Shown here: piece by piece, positions 1 to 9,700 of the stretch
Position numbering within the stretch: position 1 is the first letter of the stretch
Layout: each line of letters starts with the position of its first letter
Source of the DNA: Candidatus Gallimonas sp.
GTDB lineage: Bacteria > Bacillota > Clostridia > Christensenellales > Borkfalkiaceae
Direction of reading: 5' to 3'
Length of the DNA: 60,695 bases
Assembly (NCBI GenBank): GCA_048370055.1
Contig: DBGBVX010000005.1
Location: forward strand, 1-60,695
The notes under the pieces: generated by a model
The model's database searches: none
What the model saw: the letters and a program-made list of their open reading frames with translations, nothing else
Told to the model about the DNA's origin: nothing
Position numbers and translations under genes: made by a program

Positions 1-1509
1 ATGGAGGTGCGCACCAACACCGAAAAGTGCCGCGAGAGCCGCAAGATGACCCTCGAGCTCCTCCTCTCCAAGCACAAGAAAAAGTGCCTCTCCTGCGAGC
101 GCAACCACAACTGCGAGCTGCAGAAGCTCTCCCTCGGTTACGGCGTGGACGAAGACAGATTTAAGGGCGAGGACTTTGTTCTGCCCATCGATACCTCCGC
201 GCCCTATGTGGTGCGCGACAACGACAAGTGTATCAACTGCATGCGCTGCGTGGCGGCGTGCCGCAAACAGAGCGTGAACGCCATCGGACCCATCGGGCGC
301 GGGTTCAATGTGCACATCGGCAGCGCGTTCGATATGCCCCTGTATGAATCGGTGTGCGTGGGCTGCGGTCAGTGCATCGTCGCCTGCCCCGTGGGCGCGC
401 TCTCGGAGCGCTCCACCATCGACGAAGTGTGGAAGGCGTTTGCCGACCCCACCAAGAAGGTGGTGTTCTTCACGGCGCCCTCCATCCGCGCGACGCTCGG
501 CGAGGCGTTCGATATGCCCATCGGCACCAACGTCGAGGGCAAGATGGTCGCCGCCATCCGCCGCCTCGGCAACTGCGAAGTGTTCAATATGGACGTGACC
601 GCCGACCTCACCATCATGGAGGAGGCGAGCGAGCTCATCAACCGCATCAAGACGGGCAAGCCCATGCCCATGTTCACCTCGTGCTGCCCCGCGTGGATCA
701 AGTTCGTGGAGCAGAAGTACCCCGAGATGATCCCCCACCTCTCCTCGTGCAAGTCGCCTCAGCAGATGTTCGGCGCGCTCCTCAAAACGTATTGGTGCGA
801 AAAACACCACATCCGCCCCGAGGACCTCTTCACCGTATCCGTCATCCCCTGCACGGCGAAAAAGTACGAGTGCCACCGCCCCGAAATGGAGGGCGAGGTC
901 AACGCCGCGATCACCACGCGCGAGCTCGCGCGCATGATCAAGACGGCGGGCATCAAGTTCACGGAACTGCCCGACGAGGAGTTCGACAATCCCTTCGCCA
1001 CGGCGACGGGCGGCGGCGCGATCTTCGGCGCGACGGGCGGCGTGATGGAGGCGGCGCTGAGAACGGCGGCGCACATGTTGGACGGCAACTTCGAAGTTTT
1101 GGACTTCTTCGCGGTGCGCGGCTCCAATCCCATCAAGGAGGCGACCTATCTTGTGGCGGGGCACACCCTGCGCGTGGCGGTCGCTTCGGGGCTCGAAAAC
1201 GCGGCGATCCTGCTCGAACAGATCAAGTCGGGCGAGAAGCATTACGACTTCGTGGAGATCATGGCGTGCCCGGGCGGCTGCGTCAACGGCGGCGGTCAGC
1301 CCACGCTTTCGGACAGCGTGCGCAACTCCACCGAGCTCAAGGAGGCGCGCGCCAAGGCGCTTTACATGAGCGACACGAAGAACGAACTGCGCCGCTCCTC
1401 CGGCTCCCCCGTCATCGACATGCTGTACGAAGATTACTTCATCTTCCCCAACAGCCACAAGTCGCACGAGGTGCTGCACACCACCTACAAAGAGGACAAG
1501 AGAATTTAA
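1..1509 (+). CDS. hydA: [FeFe]-hydrogenase catalytic subunit (HydA/HndD-like), 5' partial at window edge
   Basis: ORF is open from base 1. It has two 4Fe-4S ferredoxin motifs (CINCMRCVAAC, CVGCGQCIVACP) and the H-cluster motifs FTSCCPAW, IPCTAKKYE and MACPGGCVNGGGQP. The N-terminal 2Fe-2S domain is missing, so the gene is truncated by the window. Confidence 0.9.
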   Translation: MEVRTNTEKCRESRKMTLELLLSKHKKKCLSCERNHNCELQKLSLGYGVDEDRFKGEDFVLPIDTSAPYVVRDNDKCINCMRCVAACRKQSVNAIGPIGRGFNVHIGSAFDMPLYESVCVGCGQCIVACPVGALSERSTIDEVWKAFADPTKKVVFFTAPSIRATLGEAFDMPIGTNVEGKMVAAIRRLGNCEVFNMDVTADLTIMEEASELINRIKTGKPMPMFTSCCPAWIKFVEQKYPEMIPHLSSCKSPQQMFGALLKTYWCEKHHIRPEDLFTVSVIPCTAKKYECHRPEMEGEVNAAITTRELARMIKTAGIKFTELPDEEFDNPFATATGGGAIFGATGGVMEAALRTAAHMLDGNFEVLDFFAVRGSNPIKEATYLVAGHTLRVAVASGLENAAILLEQIKSGEKHYDFVEIMACPGGCVNGGGQPTLSDSVRNSTELKEARAKALYMSDTKNELRRSSGSPVIDMLYEDYFIFPNSHKSHEVLHTTYKEDKRI

Positions 1510-1514
1510 GCGGA

Positions 1515-1546
1515 CGGGGCGGGAAAATTCCCGCCCCGCATTTTTT
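1515..1546 (+). terminator. Rho-independent terminator after hydrogenase gene
   Basis: Hairpin CGGGGCGGG-aaaatt-CCCGCCCCG followed by TTTTTT (1541-1546), 6 nt after the stop codon. Confidence 0.8.
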
Positions 1547-1636
1547 ACGGCGCGCCCGAACGTTGTTCGGGCGCGCCGTAAAAATAACACGATATAAACC
1601 GCGGCGGGGCGCAAAACTGCGCCCCGCCGCTCCCGT

Positions 1637-1963
1637 TTAATTGGTCAGTTCAAAGCTCATCTCCGTCATGCGAACAATCTCCGCGTCGGGAACGCTCCCG
1701 TCGAGGATGACCGAGCTCCAATGTTCCTTGTTCATGTGGTACGCGGGCAGGACGGAAGGATACACGCTGCGGAAAAAGGCGCCCCAATCGGCGGGGAGCT
1801 TGAGGTTCACCCACAAATTTCCCTGCCGCTCGAAGGTGAAAGCGTACGTCTTTTGGTTGTGCCGATGGCGCACGAGCACCCAATTCTCGTCGTGAAAGGG
1901 AGTGTCGGTGTAGGCGTCCCCGAAGCCGAGCGCCATGGAAAGGTACTCTTCGCGCGTTTTCAT
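1637..1963 (-). CDS. MmcQ/YjbR family DNA-binding protein
   Basis: 108 aa from internal ATG 1963, which overlaps the stop of the upstream gene by 4 nt. The C-terminal YHMNKEHWSSVILDG motif is typical of the MmcQ/YjbR fold. The longer 174-aa ORF extension is Arg-rich and overlaps the upstream gene. Confidence 0.75.
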   Translation of the reverse strand: MKTREEYLSMALGFGDAYTDTPFHDENWVLVRHRHNQKTYAFTFERQGNLWVNLKLPADWGAFFRSVYPSVLPAYHMNKEHWSSVILDGSVPDAEIVRMTEMSFELTN

Positions 1964-2304
1964 TCTTCTACGGGCGTATAATCGATCGTGCTCGGGATCT
2001 CCGTCGACTCGAGCTTGAAGATGACGGGGCGCAGCCCGTCGTTGCACGAACAGATCGCAACGCCGCCCTCGCGGATCCAATCGCAGTAATAAAAGGGCTC
2101 CTTCACGCCGTGCGCAAGCGCAAAGACGTACTGATAGATCGCCTTCCACGCCTCGTCGCACAGCCCCTCCGGCTTGGCGTAGTCGGCATAGAACACCTGC
2201 CCCTCTTTCAGCATCGGGCAGGCGCCGAGCCCCGCCGCGCCGTATTCCGCGGCAAGGTCCTTTTGCAGCGTTTTGCGGAGCACCGTGATCTTTACTTTAT
2301 TCAT
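1960..2304 (-). CDS. TIGR04076-like small Cys-rich protein
   Basis: 114 aa. The pattern GACPMLKEGQVF...CDEAW...CSCNDGLRPVIFKLE resembles the TIGR04076 family as I remember it. It is translationally coupled to the downstream MmcQ gene. Confidence 0.65.
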   Translation of the reverse strand: MNKVKITVLRKTLQKDLAAEYGAAGLGACPMLKEGQVFYADYAKPEGLCDEAWKAIYQYVFALAHGVKEPFYYCDWIREGGVAICSCNDGLRPVIFKLESTEIPSTIDYTPVEE

Positions 2305-2393
2305 ATCGCTCTTCTCCCCTAAAAATCCGTAAAGTTGCTATCATTCCCCGCGCAAGTACAATCGCATTTTTCGCCCGCGTTATAAAATCCTTT

Positions 2394-2590
2394 GCAAAAG
2401 GCGTCACTGCGTTATGCCTTTTGCGCCCCTAATTGTCGCTTGCGACTTCTGCGGAAAAGTGAGCCGATGCGCGCTATACTGTTGCGAAAGGCGCATCGGT
2501 GAGAAAAACCGAACACAAAGCCAACGGCGACTGTTGGATTTTTCTCAAAATCACGAAGATTTTCCGCGTCAGTTCGCGGAAAATCTGTGA
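2394..2590 (+). repeat. Five-hairpin intergenic repeat element, copy 1
   Basis: 197 bp. H1 is 2394-2424 (GCAAAAGGC/GCCTTTTGC) and H1b is GTCG/CGAC. H2 is 2464-2499 (CCGATGCGC/GCGCATCGG). H3 is 2501-2546 (GAGAAAAA/TTTTTCTC with inner CCAAC/GTTGG). H4 is 2552-2589. It ends 4 nt before the TGA of the convergent response-regulator gene. Confidence 0.9.
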
Positions 2591-2594
2591 GCCT

Positions 2595-3251
2595 TCACCC
2601 GATCACTTCTTTCATCTTTGCCACGGCTTCGCTGCGCGAGGATACGCCGAGCTTGACGTAGATCGCCGAAATATAGTTGCGCGAAGTGCCGTCCATCAGT
2701 TTGAGCGCGCTTGCGATCTGCTTGTTGGTAAAGCCTTCGTAGATCATGATCGCGATCTCGACTTCGCGGTCGGAAAAGGCGAAGGCGCGTTTGAGCCTGA
2801 TCTCGCGGTCGGTGGAGACCATTTTCGCCGCGTCGGCAATGCGGCGGGCGATCTTGGCGGGCAGGATGGTATCGCCCGCGTAGGCGTTTTTGATGGCGTC
2901 GATGAGCGCCGCGGACGAGGTATCCTTCAAAAGATAGCCGCTCGCGCCGTTGTTGATGGCGTTGAGGATATAGTCGCTGTCGTCAAAGGTCGTTAAAATG
3001 AGCACCTTGACTTCGGGACGGCGGCGCTTGACTTCCTGCGTGGCGATGACCCCGTTCATGTTGGGCATGCGGATATCCATCAGGATGACGTCGGGCTTGC
3101 ACGTTTCGAGCATGCCGAGCGCCTCGAACCCGTCCGCCGCGATGCCGACCACCTCGATCTCGGGGCAGGAAGAGAGGACGCTCTTGATGCCGTCGGCAAG
3201 GATGGACTGATCGTCTGCAAGAAGTACGCGAATTTTTTTAATTGGTTCCAT
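2595..3251 (-). CDS. Response regulator, NarL/LuxR family
   Basis: 218 aa. The receiver domain has DD...D (VILMDIRMP) and K (YLLKD), and there is a C-terminal LuxR HTH (SDREVEIAIMIYEGFTNKQIA). A GAGGT RBS lies inside the end of the kinase gene. Confidence 0.9.
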   Translation of the reverse strand: MEPIKKIRVLLADDQSILADGIKSVLSSCPEIEVVGIAADGFEALGMLETCKPDVILMDIRMPNMNGVIATQEVKRRRPEVKVLILTTFDDSDYILNAINNGASGYLLKDTSSAALIDAIKNAYAGDTILPAKIARRIADAAKMVSTDREIRLKRAFAFSDREVEIAIMIYEGFTNKQIASALKLMDGTSRNYISAIYVKLGVSSRSEAVAKMKEVIG

Positions 3252-3256
3252 AGCCG

Positions 3257-4540
3257 TTACCTCGTTTGTTCGTTTCGCACGCCGTCCGCAGGCAGCGTGA
3301 TATGAATTTCAAAGCCTTCGTCCTTCTCCGTTTCAAAGCGGACGCTCCCGCCCAACGCCTCGGCGCGCGTGCTCATGCCGCGCAAGCCGAATCCTTCGCG
3401 GAGCTTCGTGATCGCCATGCCCGACCCGTTATCGGAGAGCAGGAACATGATCTTATCCCCCTCCCGCCTGAGTTCGAAATAGAACGCCGTGGCGTTCCCG
3501 TGGCGCAAGCCGTTGGAGATGCCCTCTTTGAGCGTGTTGCGCAAAAAGCGGCGCTTGGCGTCGCACAGGTCGATATCCTCGATGTCGGCGCGGATGACGA
3601 TGCCCGTGCCGTCCGTGGATTCGTGTATGATGTTCAGAAGCGACTCTTTGAGCGTGAGCCGGTCGGTGCCGCCCGAGAGAAGATGCACGCTCTCGCGCAG
3701 TTCTTCGAGCGCGCTCTTCGCCTGAATATTCGCCGCGGCGATGCGGCGCTTTGCTTCGGCGGGGTCGCTGTCGATGAGCAGTTTCGCCGCCTCCGTCTGC
3801 ATGACGATGGTGGTGATGGAATGCCCCGCCGTGTCGTGGATATCTTTGGCGATGCGCTGACGCTCCTCGAGCACGGTGACCTCCTGCAGATGCCCGTACG
3901 CGACGCGCAGTTTCTCGTTGCTCTCGTTGAGCTCCTCGTAGGCGGCGCTGAGTTTCCCGTTGCTCTCCCGCAGCTCTTTGAGCGTGCTGTCGAGCTCCTT
4001 GTTTTTGCGGTAGATCTGAATGGCGAAGTTGAACACGAAAAAGTGCAACGCCATCAGCAGAAGGTCGTTGAACGCGCCGGTGATGAGGTTGGCGATGTTC
4101 AGTGTATCGCCGTTGACGAGCCCCGAGACCGCGCGCGAAATGAGGAAGATGACGATACTCGCCGCGCCCATCGCAATGCTCCCGCTGATCTTCTCCTGCC
4201 CGAGGTAGAACTCCGAGAGGATGACGATGTAGAGCGTGGAGATGAGCTGACCGTCCGTAAAGATGGTGAGGACGACAAGGCATAAAATATCCAACACATA
4301 GCAGGTTATTTTCTGCAAGAACGTTTTGAGCGCCCAAATTTTGACGGCGTTTTCGATGAGCAGAACGAGAAGCACGGGAAGATAGGCGTACCATGCGCGG
4401 ATATTGCCGAACACGGTCATGCGCCAGTTATCGACCGCGAGCAGGATCCCGACAAAGACGAGCAGGAAAAAGATCACGCCGCTCCCGACGCGCACGATCG
4501 TATCGATATCGAATTGATAGCGTTCGCCCCTGTGCTTCAT
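3257..4540 (-). CDS. Sensor histidine kinase (HisKA_3 / LiaS-DesK type), polytopic membrane N-terminus
   Basis: 427 aa with about 5 N-terminal TM helices and a coiled linker. The H-box is RIAKDIHDTAGHSIT and the HATPase_c has N/G boxes (NGLRHGNA, DNGSGM). Its ATG overlaps the radC stop (ATGA). Confidence 0.85.
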   Translation of the reverse strand: MKHRGERYQFDIDTIVRVGSGVIFFLLVFVGILLAVDNWRMTVFGNIRAWYAYLPVLLVLLIENAVKIWALKTFLQKITCYVLDILCLVVLTIFTDGQLISTLYIVILSEFYLGQEKISGSIAMGAASIVIFLISRAVSGLVNGDTLNIANLITGAFNDLLLMALHFFVFNFAIQIYRKNKELDSTLKELRESNGKLSAAYEELNESNEKLRVAYGHLQEVTVLEERQRIAKDIHDTAGHSITTIVMQTEAAKLLIDSDPAEAKRRIAAANIQAKSALEELRESVHLLSGGTDRLTLKESLLNIIHESTDGTGIVIRADIEDIDLCDAKRRFLRNTLKEGISNGLRHGNATAFYFELRREGDKIMFLLSDNGSGMAITKLREGFGLRGMSTRAEALGGSVRFETEKDEGFEIHITLPADGVRNEQTR

Positions 4541-5250
4541 GGATATAACTTGCCTCCGATGAGATGCGCGACGTCGAAATTACGGCGTATCTCCTCCATG
4601 CGCCCGACGAGAAAATAGCTGTAGGCGCCGTCCGTTCCGACGATGATGTGATCGTAAAAGCGCACGTTGTTCATGGAGCATAAGAGCTGCAACTGCGCGG
4701 TAAAGGCGTCGTCCGCGTCGGACGGGCGCGCGGGCGCGAAAGGATGATTGTGCGCCGCTACCAACCCCGCGGGGCGCTGCAGCGCGAGGAAGCGGCTGAC
4801 CTCCTCCGGTTCGAGCTCCGCCCTGTCCGCCGTGCCCGCGGCAAAGCGGCGGCTCGAACGGATGCGTTCGTTTGCGTCGATGCAGTACAGTTCCACCGCC
4901 TCGCTCTCGAGCGCGCCGAGGCGCGCGGAGACATATTCGGTAAAGGTGCGCACATTAAAAAATTTGGGGAGTTCCTCCCCCTTTTTGCCCATGCGCGCAT
5001 AGATCGCGCCGACGCACTTCAGATACGCCGCCGTCTCCTTTCCGACGCCCTTGACGGCGAGGAGTTCCTCCATATCGGCGCGGAATACACCCTCGAGCGA
5101 AGAAAACGCGGCGAGCAGTTCGTGCGCGACGGGATTGGTATTTTTGCGCGGGACAGCGTTGAAGAGCAGGATCTCCAAAAGTTCGTGATCCTGCAGACCG
5201 TCCGCCTGCGAAAGGCGGGCAAGCATGCGCTGTCTGTGTCCCTCATGCAT
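4537..5250 (-). CDS. radC: RadC-family (JAB/MPN) protein
   Basis: 237 aa. The N-terminus has HRQRM and a helix-hairpin-helix, and the C-terminal JAB motif is LVAAHNHPFAPARPSDAD. Confidence 0.85.
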   Translation of the reverse strand: MHEGHRQRMLARLSQADGLQDHELLEILLFNAVPRKNTNPVAHELLAAFSSLEGVFRADMEELLAVKGVGKETAAYLKCVGAIYARMGKKGEELPKFFNVRTFTEYVSARLGALESEAVELYCIDANERIRSSRRFAAGTADRAELEPEEVSRFLALQRPAGLVAAHNHPFAPARPSDADDAFTAQLQLLCSMNNVRFYDHIIVGTDGAYSYFLVGRMEEIRRNFDVAHLIGGKLYP

Positions 5251-5377
5251 ACGTACCCTCTTTTATATTGTAACATATTTTTATGATATTTGCACGAAAA
5301 ATCGCACCCGCTGCACGCCTTTTTTGTAAAAAACCCAACTTTTTCGCGCACGGGCAGGCGCTTTTTTAGAGAAATAT

Positions 5378-5406
5378 TTGACAAACAACCCCGCCTATGG
5401 TAAAAT
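5378..5406 (+). promoter_or_regulatory. Sigma70-type promoter TTGACA-17-TAAAAT for the dipeptidase gene
   Basis: TTGACA at 5378-5383, a 17-nt spacer and TAAAAT at 5401-5406, 28 nt upstream of ATG 5434, which has a GGAGA RBS. Confidence 0.6.
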
Positions 5407-5433
5407 AACTATGCAATATTTTGGAGAAGCTGT

Positions 5434-6702
5434 ATGACTCATCTTTTGAAGCAAACCGTTGAAAGTATCTCCGAGAGCATTCGTTTCGATTCCTCTCTCG
5501 CATCGCCCGAGGCGGACATGCCCTTCGGGAAGGGCGCCGCAGACTGTTTGAAACACTTCCTCGGGAAGGCGGCGGCGCTCGGATTCGAAACGCACAATTA
5601 CGACAATTACGTCGGCGAAGTCACCTTCGGCAGCGGAGAGCCGTTCGCCGTGCTCGCCCACCTCGACGTAGTGCCCGCGGGCAGCGGATGGACGCGCGAC
5701 CCGTTCGGCGGCGAGATCGAGGACGGCAGGATATGGGGACGCGGCGCCATGGACGACAAGGGCCCCGCATTCTGCGCCCTGTACGCCATGAAGGCGCTCA
5801 AAGACGAGGGCTTTACCCCCAATAAGACGATCCGGCTCATCGTCGGCTGCAACGAAGAAAACGGGTGGGCATGTATCGACCATTATGAAAAGGTAGCCAC
5901 CATGCCCGAGGTCGGGTTCTCGCCCGACGGCGGATTCCCCGTCATCTACGCGGAAAAAGGCATCCTCCACGTGCGGCTGCACTTCCCCGTGGAGAACGCC
6001 CCCTTCACCTTCTTCGAGGGCGGCGAAAGCTACAACATGGTGTGCGACCGCTGCGAGGCGACGCCGCGCACCCTCGCCGTTACCCGCGCGCGGGCGATGG
6101 GTTTTGAAATCAGGAGCAAAAAGCTCATCTCCCACGGGAAGAGCGCGCACGCCTCCACCCCCGAACAGGGCGTGAACGCCATCGAGCCCATGCTGCGCTA
6201 CTTCGAGGACAAGAGCGCGGATATCAAGCGCGTCCTCGACTGCGTGTTCCGCGATAAATACGGCTTGAAAAAGCTCTGCGACGAAACGGGCAGCCTCACC
6301 CTTTCGCCCGACCTCATCAAGTACCGAAGGGGCGAACTGCAGGTGGTGTGCGATATCCGCTATCCCGCAACCCTTCCCCTCTCGGCGGTCACGGAAAAGC
6401 TCTCCGAAATGGGCGTGAAGTACGAGACGCTCCGCCATCAGGCGCCCCTCATGCAGGATAAGAACGGAACGCTCGTGAAGGAATTGCTTGCGGCGTACGA
6501 GGCATACACGGGAGAGAAGGCGGAGCCCCTCGCCATCGGCGGCGGCACCTACGCGCGCGCCCTCAGGTGCGGCGTGGCGTTCGGCCCCGAAATGGAGGGC
6601 GACGAGCCCGTGATCCATCAGGCGAACGAGTACATCACCGTCGAGCGCGTGGAGATGCTCCTCAGCATCTACGCCGACGCGCTGAAACGGCTCACAAAGT
6701 AA
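5434..6702 (+). CDS. M20 family dipeptidase (PepV/Sapep-like)
   Basis: 422 aa with the M20 motifs HLDVVPAGSGW..DPF and GRGAMDDKGP, plus a C-terminal GGGTYAR. Confidence 0.85.
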   Translation: MTHLLKQTVESISESIRFDSSLASPEADMPFGKGAADCLKHFLGKAAALGFETHNYDNYVGEVTFGSGEPFAVLAHLDVVPAGSGWTRDPFGGEIEDGRIWGRGAMDDKGPAFCALYAMKALKDEGFTPNKTIRLIVGCNEENGWACIDHYEKVATMPEVGFSPDGGFPVIYAEKGILHVRLHFPVENAPFTFFEGGESYNMVCDRCEATPRTLAVTRARAMGFEIRSKKLISHGKSAHASTPEQGVNAIEPMLRYFEDKSADIKRVLDCVFRDKYGLKKLCDETGSLTLSPDLIKYRRGELQVVCDIRYPATLPLSAVTEKLSEMGVKYETLRHQAPLMQDKNGTLVKELLAAYEAYTGEKAEPLAIGGGTYARALRCGVAFGPEMEGDEPVIHQANEYITVERVEMLLSIYADALKRLTK

Positions 6703-6706
6703 CAAG

Positions 6707-6737
6707 ATCCCCGCTTCTCTATGGCGGGGATTTCTTA
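6707..6737 (+). terminator. Rho-independent terminator after dipeptidase gene
   Basis: ATCCCCGC-ttctctatg-GCGGGGAT followed by TTTCTT. Confidence 0.7.
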
Positions 6738-6745
6738 TAACACTC

Positions 6746-6780
6746 AAAATCGCCCGCGGCGGTCTGCCGCGGGCGTTTTA
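6746..6780. terminator. Bidirectional hairpin terminator (ileS 3' end)
   Basis: CGCCCGCGGC-ggtct-GCCGCGGGCG at 6751-6775. It is flanked by TTTTA on the + strand and ATTTT on the - strand, immediately after the ileS stop (6781). Confidence 0.65.
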
Positions 6781-9700
6781 TTATTTTGCTTTGACGAGCG
6801 TGAGCGTGACGCTGTCGCCGTTCACGTCGAGCGTGCGGGTAAAGCCCTCCGCACTCCCCTCCGTGAGGCTGACCGCGAGCACGTCGGCGGCGATGCCGCC
6901 CTTTTTGAGCATCTTCTCCGCCCTGCCTGCCGCAGTGAAGTACACCGCGATGCGGTCGGTCACTTCGAAGCCCGCCTCCTTGCGCATCGTCTGGATCTTG
7001 GAGACGAGTTCGCGCTCCGTGCCCTCGTCGAGCAGCGCCTCATTGAGCTGCGTATTCAGCGCGACGGTGATCCCGCCGCCGACCGCCGTGGCGTAGCCCT
7101 CCGCCGACTGCGTGAAGATCTGCAGATCCTCCTCGAGGAGCACGACCTGCTCGCCCTCCAACTCCACCGAATAGGAGCCGTTTGCCCTGACCGCGGAGAC
7201 GACCTCCGCGCCGTCGCAGGAGGAAAGGAACGCCGTGATGGCTTTGAGTTTTTTGCCGTACTTGGGGCCGAGCGTTCTCAGCTGCGGCTTGAGTTCGTAG
7301 CGCACGAGCGAAGCGCCGTCCGTGACGAACGTCATCTTTTTGACGTTGAGCTCGTCGAGCGCCACCGCCATGAGTTCGCCCTCGATCGCAAGCGGGCGGT
7401 TGCTCGCCACGAGCATCTCCGAAAGCGGCTGACGGTTCTTGACGCTGCCCGCGTTGCGCGCGGCTCTGCCGAGGGCGACGACGTCCAGAACGTCCGCCAT
7501 GCCCTTTTCGAGCGCGGGGTCGATGAAGCTCTCGTCCGCCGCGGGGAAGTCGCACAGGTGCACCGATTGGGGCGCGGAAGGATAGAACGCCGGCACAAGG
7601 TTCTGATACATCATCTCCGCCATGAAGGGCGTGTAGGGCGCGATGACCTTGGCGAGCGTGACGAGCACGGTATAGAGCGTCGTATATGCCGCCGCCTTGT
7701 CCTCCGTCATCTCGCTCCCCCAATAGCGGTCGCGGCCGCGGCGCACATACCAGTTGGAGAGCACGTCCGAAAAGTCCTGAATGGCGCGGGCGCTGTCCGT
7801 AATGTTGTACTCCGCGAGCATCTGATCCACGTTTTTGACGAGCGTGTTGAGCTTGGATAAAACCCACTTATCCATGAGCGAGAGCCTGCACGTTTTGAGA
7901 TCGTACTTCGAAGGGTCGTACTTATCGATCTCGGCGTACAGCGTGAAGAACGCATAGGTGTTCCAAAGGGTCCCTTGGAACTTGCGCTGCACTTCGCTGA
8001 CCGCCTCGGCGCCGAAGCGCGAAGGGATCCACGGCGCGCTGTTCGTATAGAAGTACCAACGCACGGCGTCAGCGCCCTGCTTATCGAGCACGCTCCACGG
8101 GTCGACGACGTTGCCCTTGTGCTTGCTCATCTTTACGCCGTCTTTATCGTTGACGTGCCCCAAAACGATGCAGTTTTTGAAGGGCGCGCGGTCGAAGAGG
8201 ATGGTCGAGATGGCGAGCAGCGTGTAGAACCAGCCGCGCGTCTGATCGACCGCCTCGGAGATGAAATCCGCGGGGAAGGTCTCCTCGAAGAGATCTTTGT
8301 TCTCGAAGGGATAGTGATACTGCGCGAAGGGCATGGAGCCCGAATCGAACCAGCAGTCGATGACCTCGGGCGTGCGCTTCATCTTGCCGCCGCACTTGGG
8401 GCAGGCGCAGGTGAGATCGTCGAGGTAAGGTCTGTGCAGCTCGATATCCCCCTCTACGTGGCACTTTTCTTTGAGTTCGGCTTTGGAACCGATGACCTCG
8501 ATCGCGCCGCAGTCGGGGCATACCCACACGGGGAGCGGCGTGCCCCAGTAGCGGTCGCGCGAGAGCCCCCAGTCGATGACGTTTTCGAGGAAGTTGCCCA
8601 TGCGCCCCTCTTTGATGGTCTCGGGCATCCAGTTCACCGAACGATTGGCGGCGATGAGGTGCTCCTTGACCTTGGTCACCTCGATGAACCAGCTCGAACG
8701 GGCGTAATAGAGGAGCGGCGTATCGCACCGCCAGCAGAAGGGATAGCTGTGTTCGAAGGGCACTTTTTTGAAGAGCAGCCCCTTCTCTTCGAGCATATCC
8801 AGAATGACCTTATCCGCCTTCTTCGCAAACAGCCCGTTGAGTTCGGGGCAGCGCTCGTCGAAACAGCCGCGCTCATTGACGAGCTGCACCACGGGCAAGC
8901 CGTATTTTCTGCCCACCTTGTAGTCGTCCTCGCCGAACGCGGGCGCAATATGCACCACGCCTGTGCCGTCGGTCAGGGTGACGTAGGGATCGCACACCAC
9001 ATAGAACGCCTTCTCGCGGAAGGAGCCGACGGAATAGGAGAAGAGTGGCTCGTACTCGGTGCCCTCGTACTCCCTGCCCGTGCGCTTTTCGATGAGCGTG
9101 TAGTTCTCAAAGAAATCGGAAACGAGCGCCTCCGCCATGATATAGCGCGCACCGTCCGACTCGATCTCCACATACGTCTCGTCGGGATTCATACAGAGCG
9201 CGACGTTGGAAGGGAGCGTCCACGGGGTCGTCGTCCATGCGAGGATATAGGCATTCTCGCGCCCCTTCACCTTGAACCGCGCGACGACGGAAGTCTCCTT
9301 TACGTCTTTATACCCCTGCGCGACCTCGTGCGAGGAGAGCGCCGTGCCGCAGCGCGGGCAATAAGGGACGATCTTGTGCCCCTTGTACAGAAGCCCCTTC
9401 TTGTGGATCTCCTTGAGCGCCCACCAGACGGACTCGATATAGTCGTCGTGATAGGTGACGTAGGGGTTATCCATGTCAACCCAATAGCCGACGCGGTCAC
9501 TCATCTTGCGCCATTCGTCGGTATATTTCCACACGGACTCCTTGCACTTTTTGATGAAGGGCTCGATGCCGTATTTTTCGATGTCCTGCTTGCCGTCCAT
9601 ACCGAGGGACTTTTCCACTTCCAGCTCGACGGGCAAGCCGTGCGTATCCCAGCCCGCCTTGCGGAGGACGTGTTTGCCCTTCATCGTCTGATAGCGGGGA

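Noticed and set aside
1547-1579. A perfect GC-rich palindrome ACGGCGCGCCCGAAC/GTTCGGGCGCGCCGT, and a third hairpin at about 1592-1627, between the hydrogenase and MmcQ genes.
   Set aside because: They are probably auxiliary terminator hairpins for the convergent genes. There is no U-tract directly after 1547-1579 on either strand and no similarity to the repeat family, so they are not reported as separate elements.
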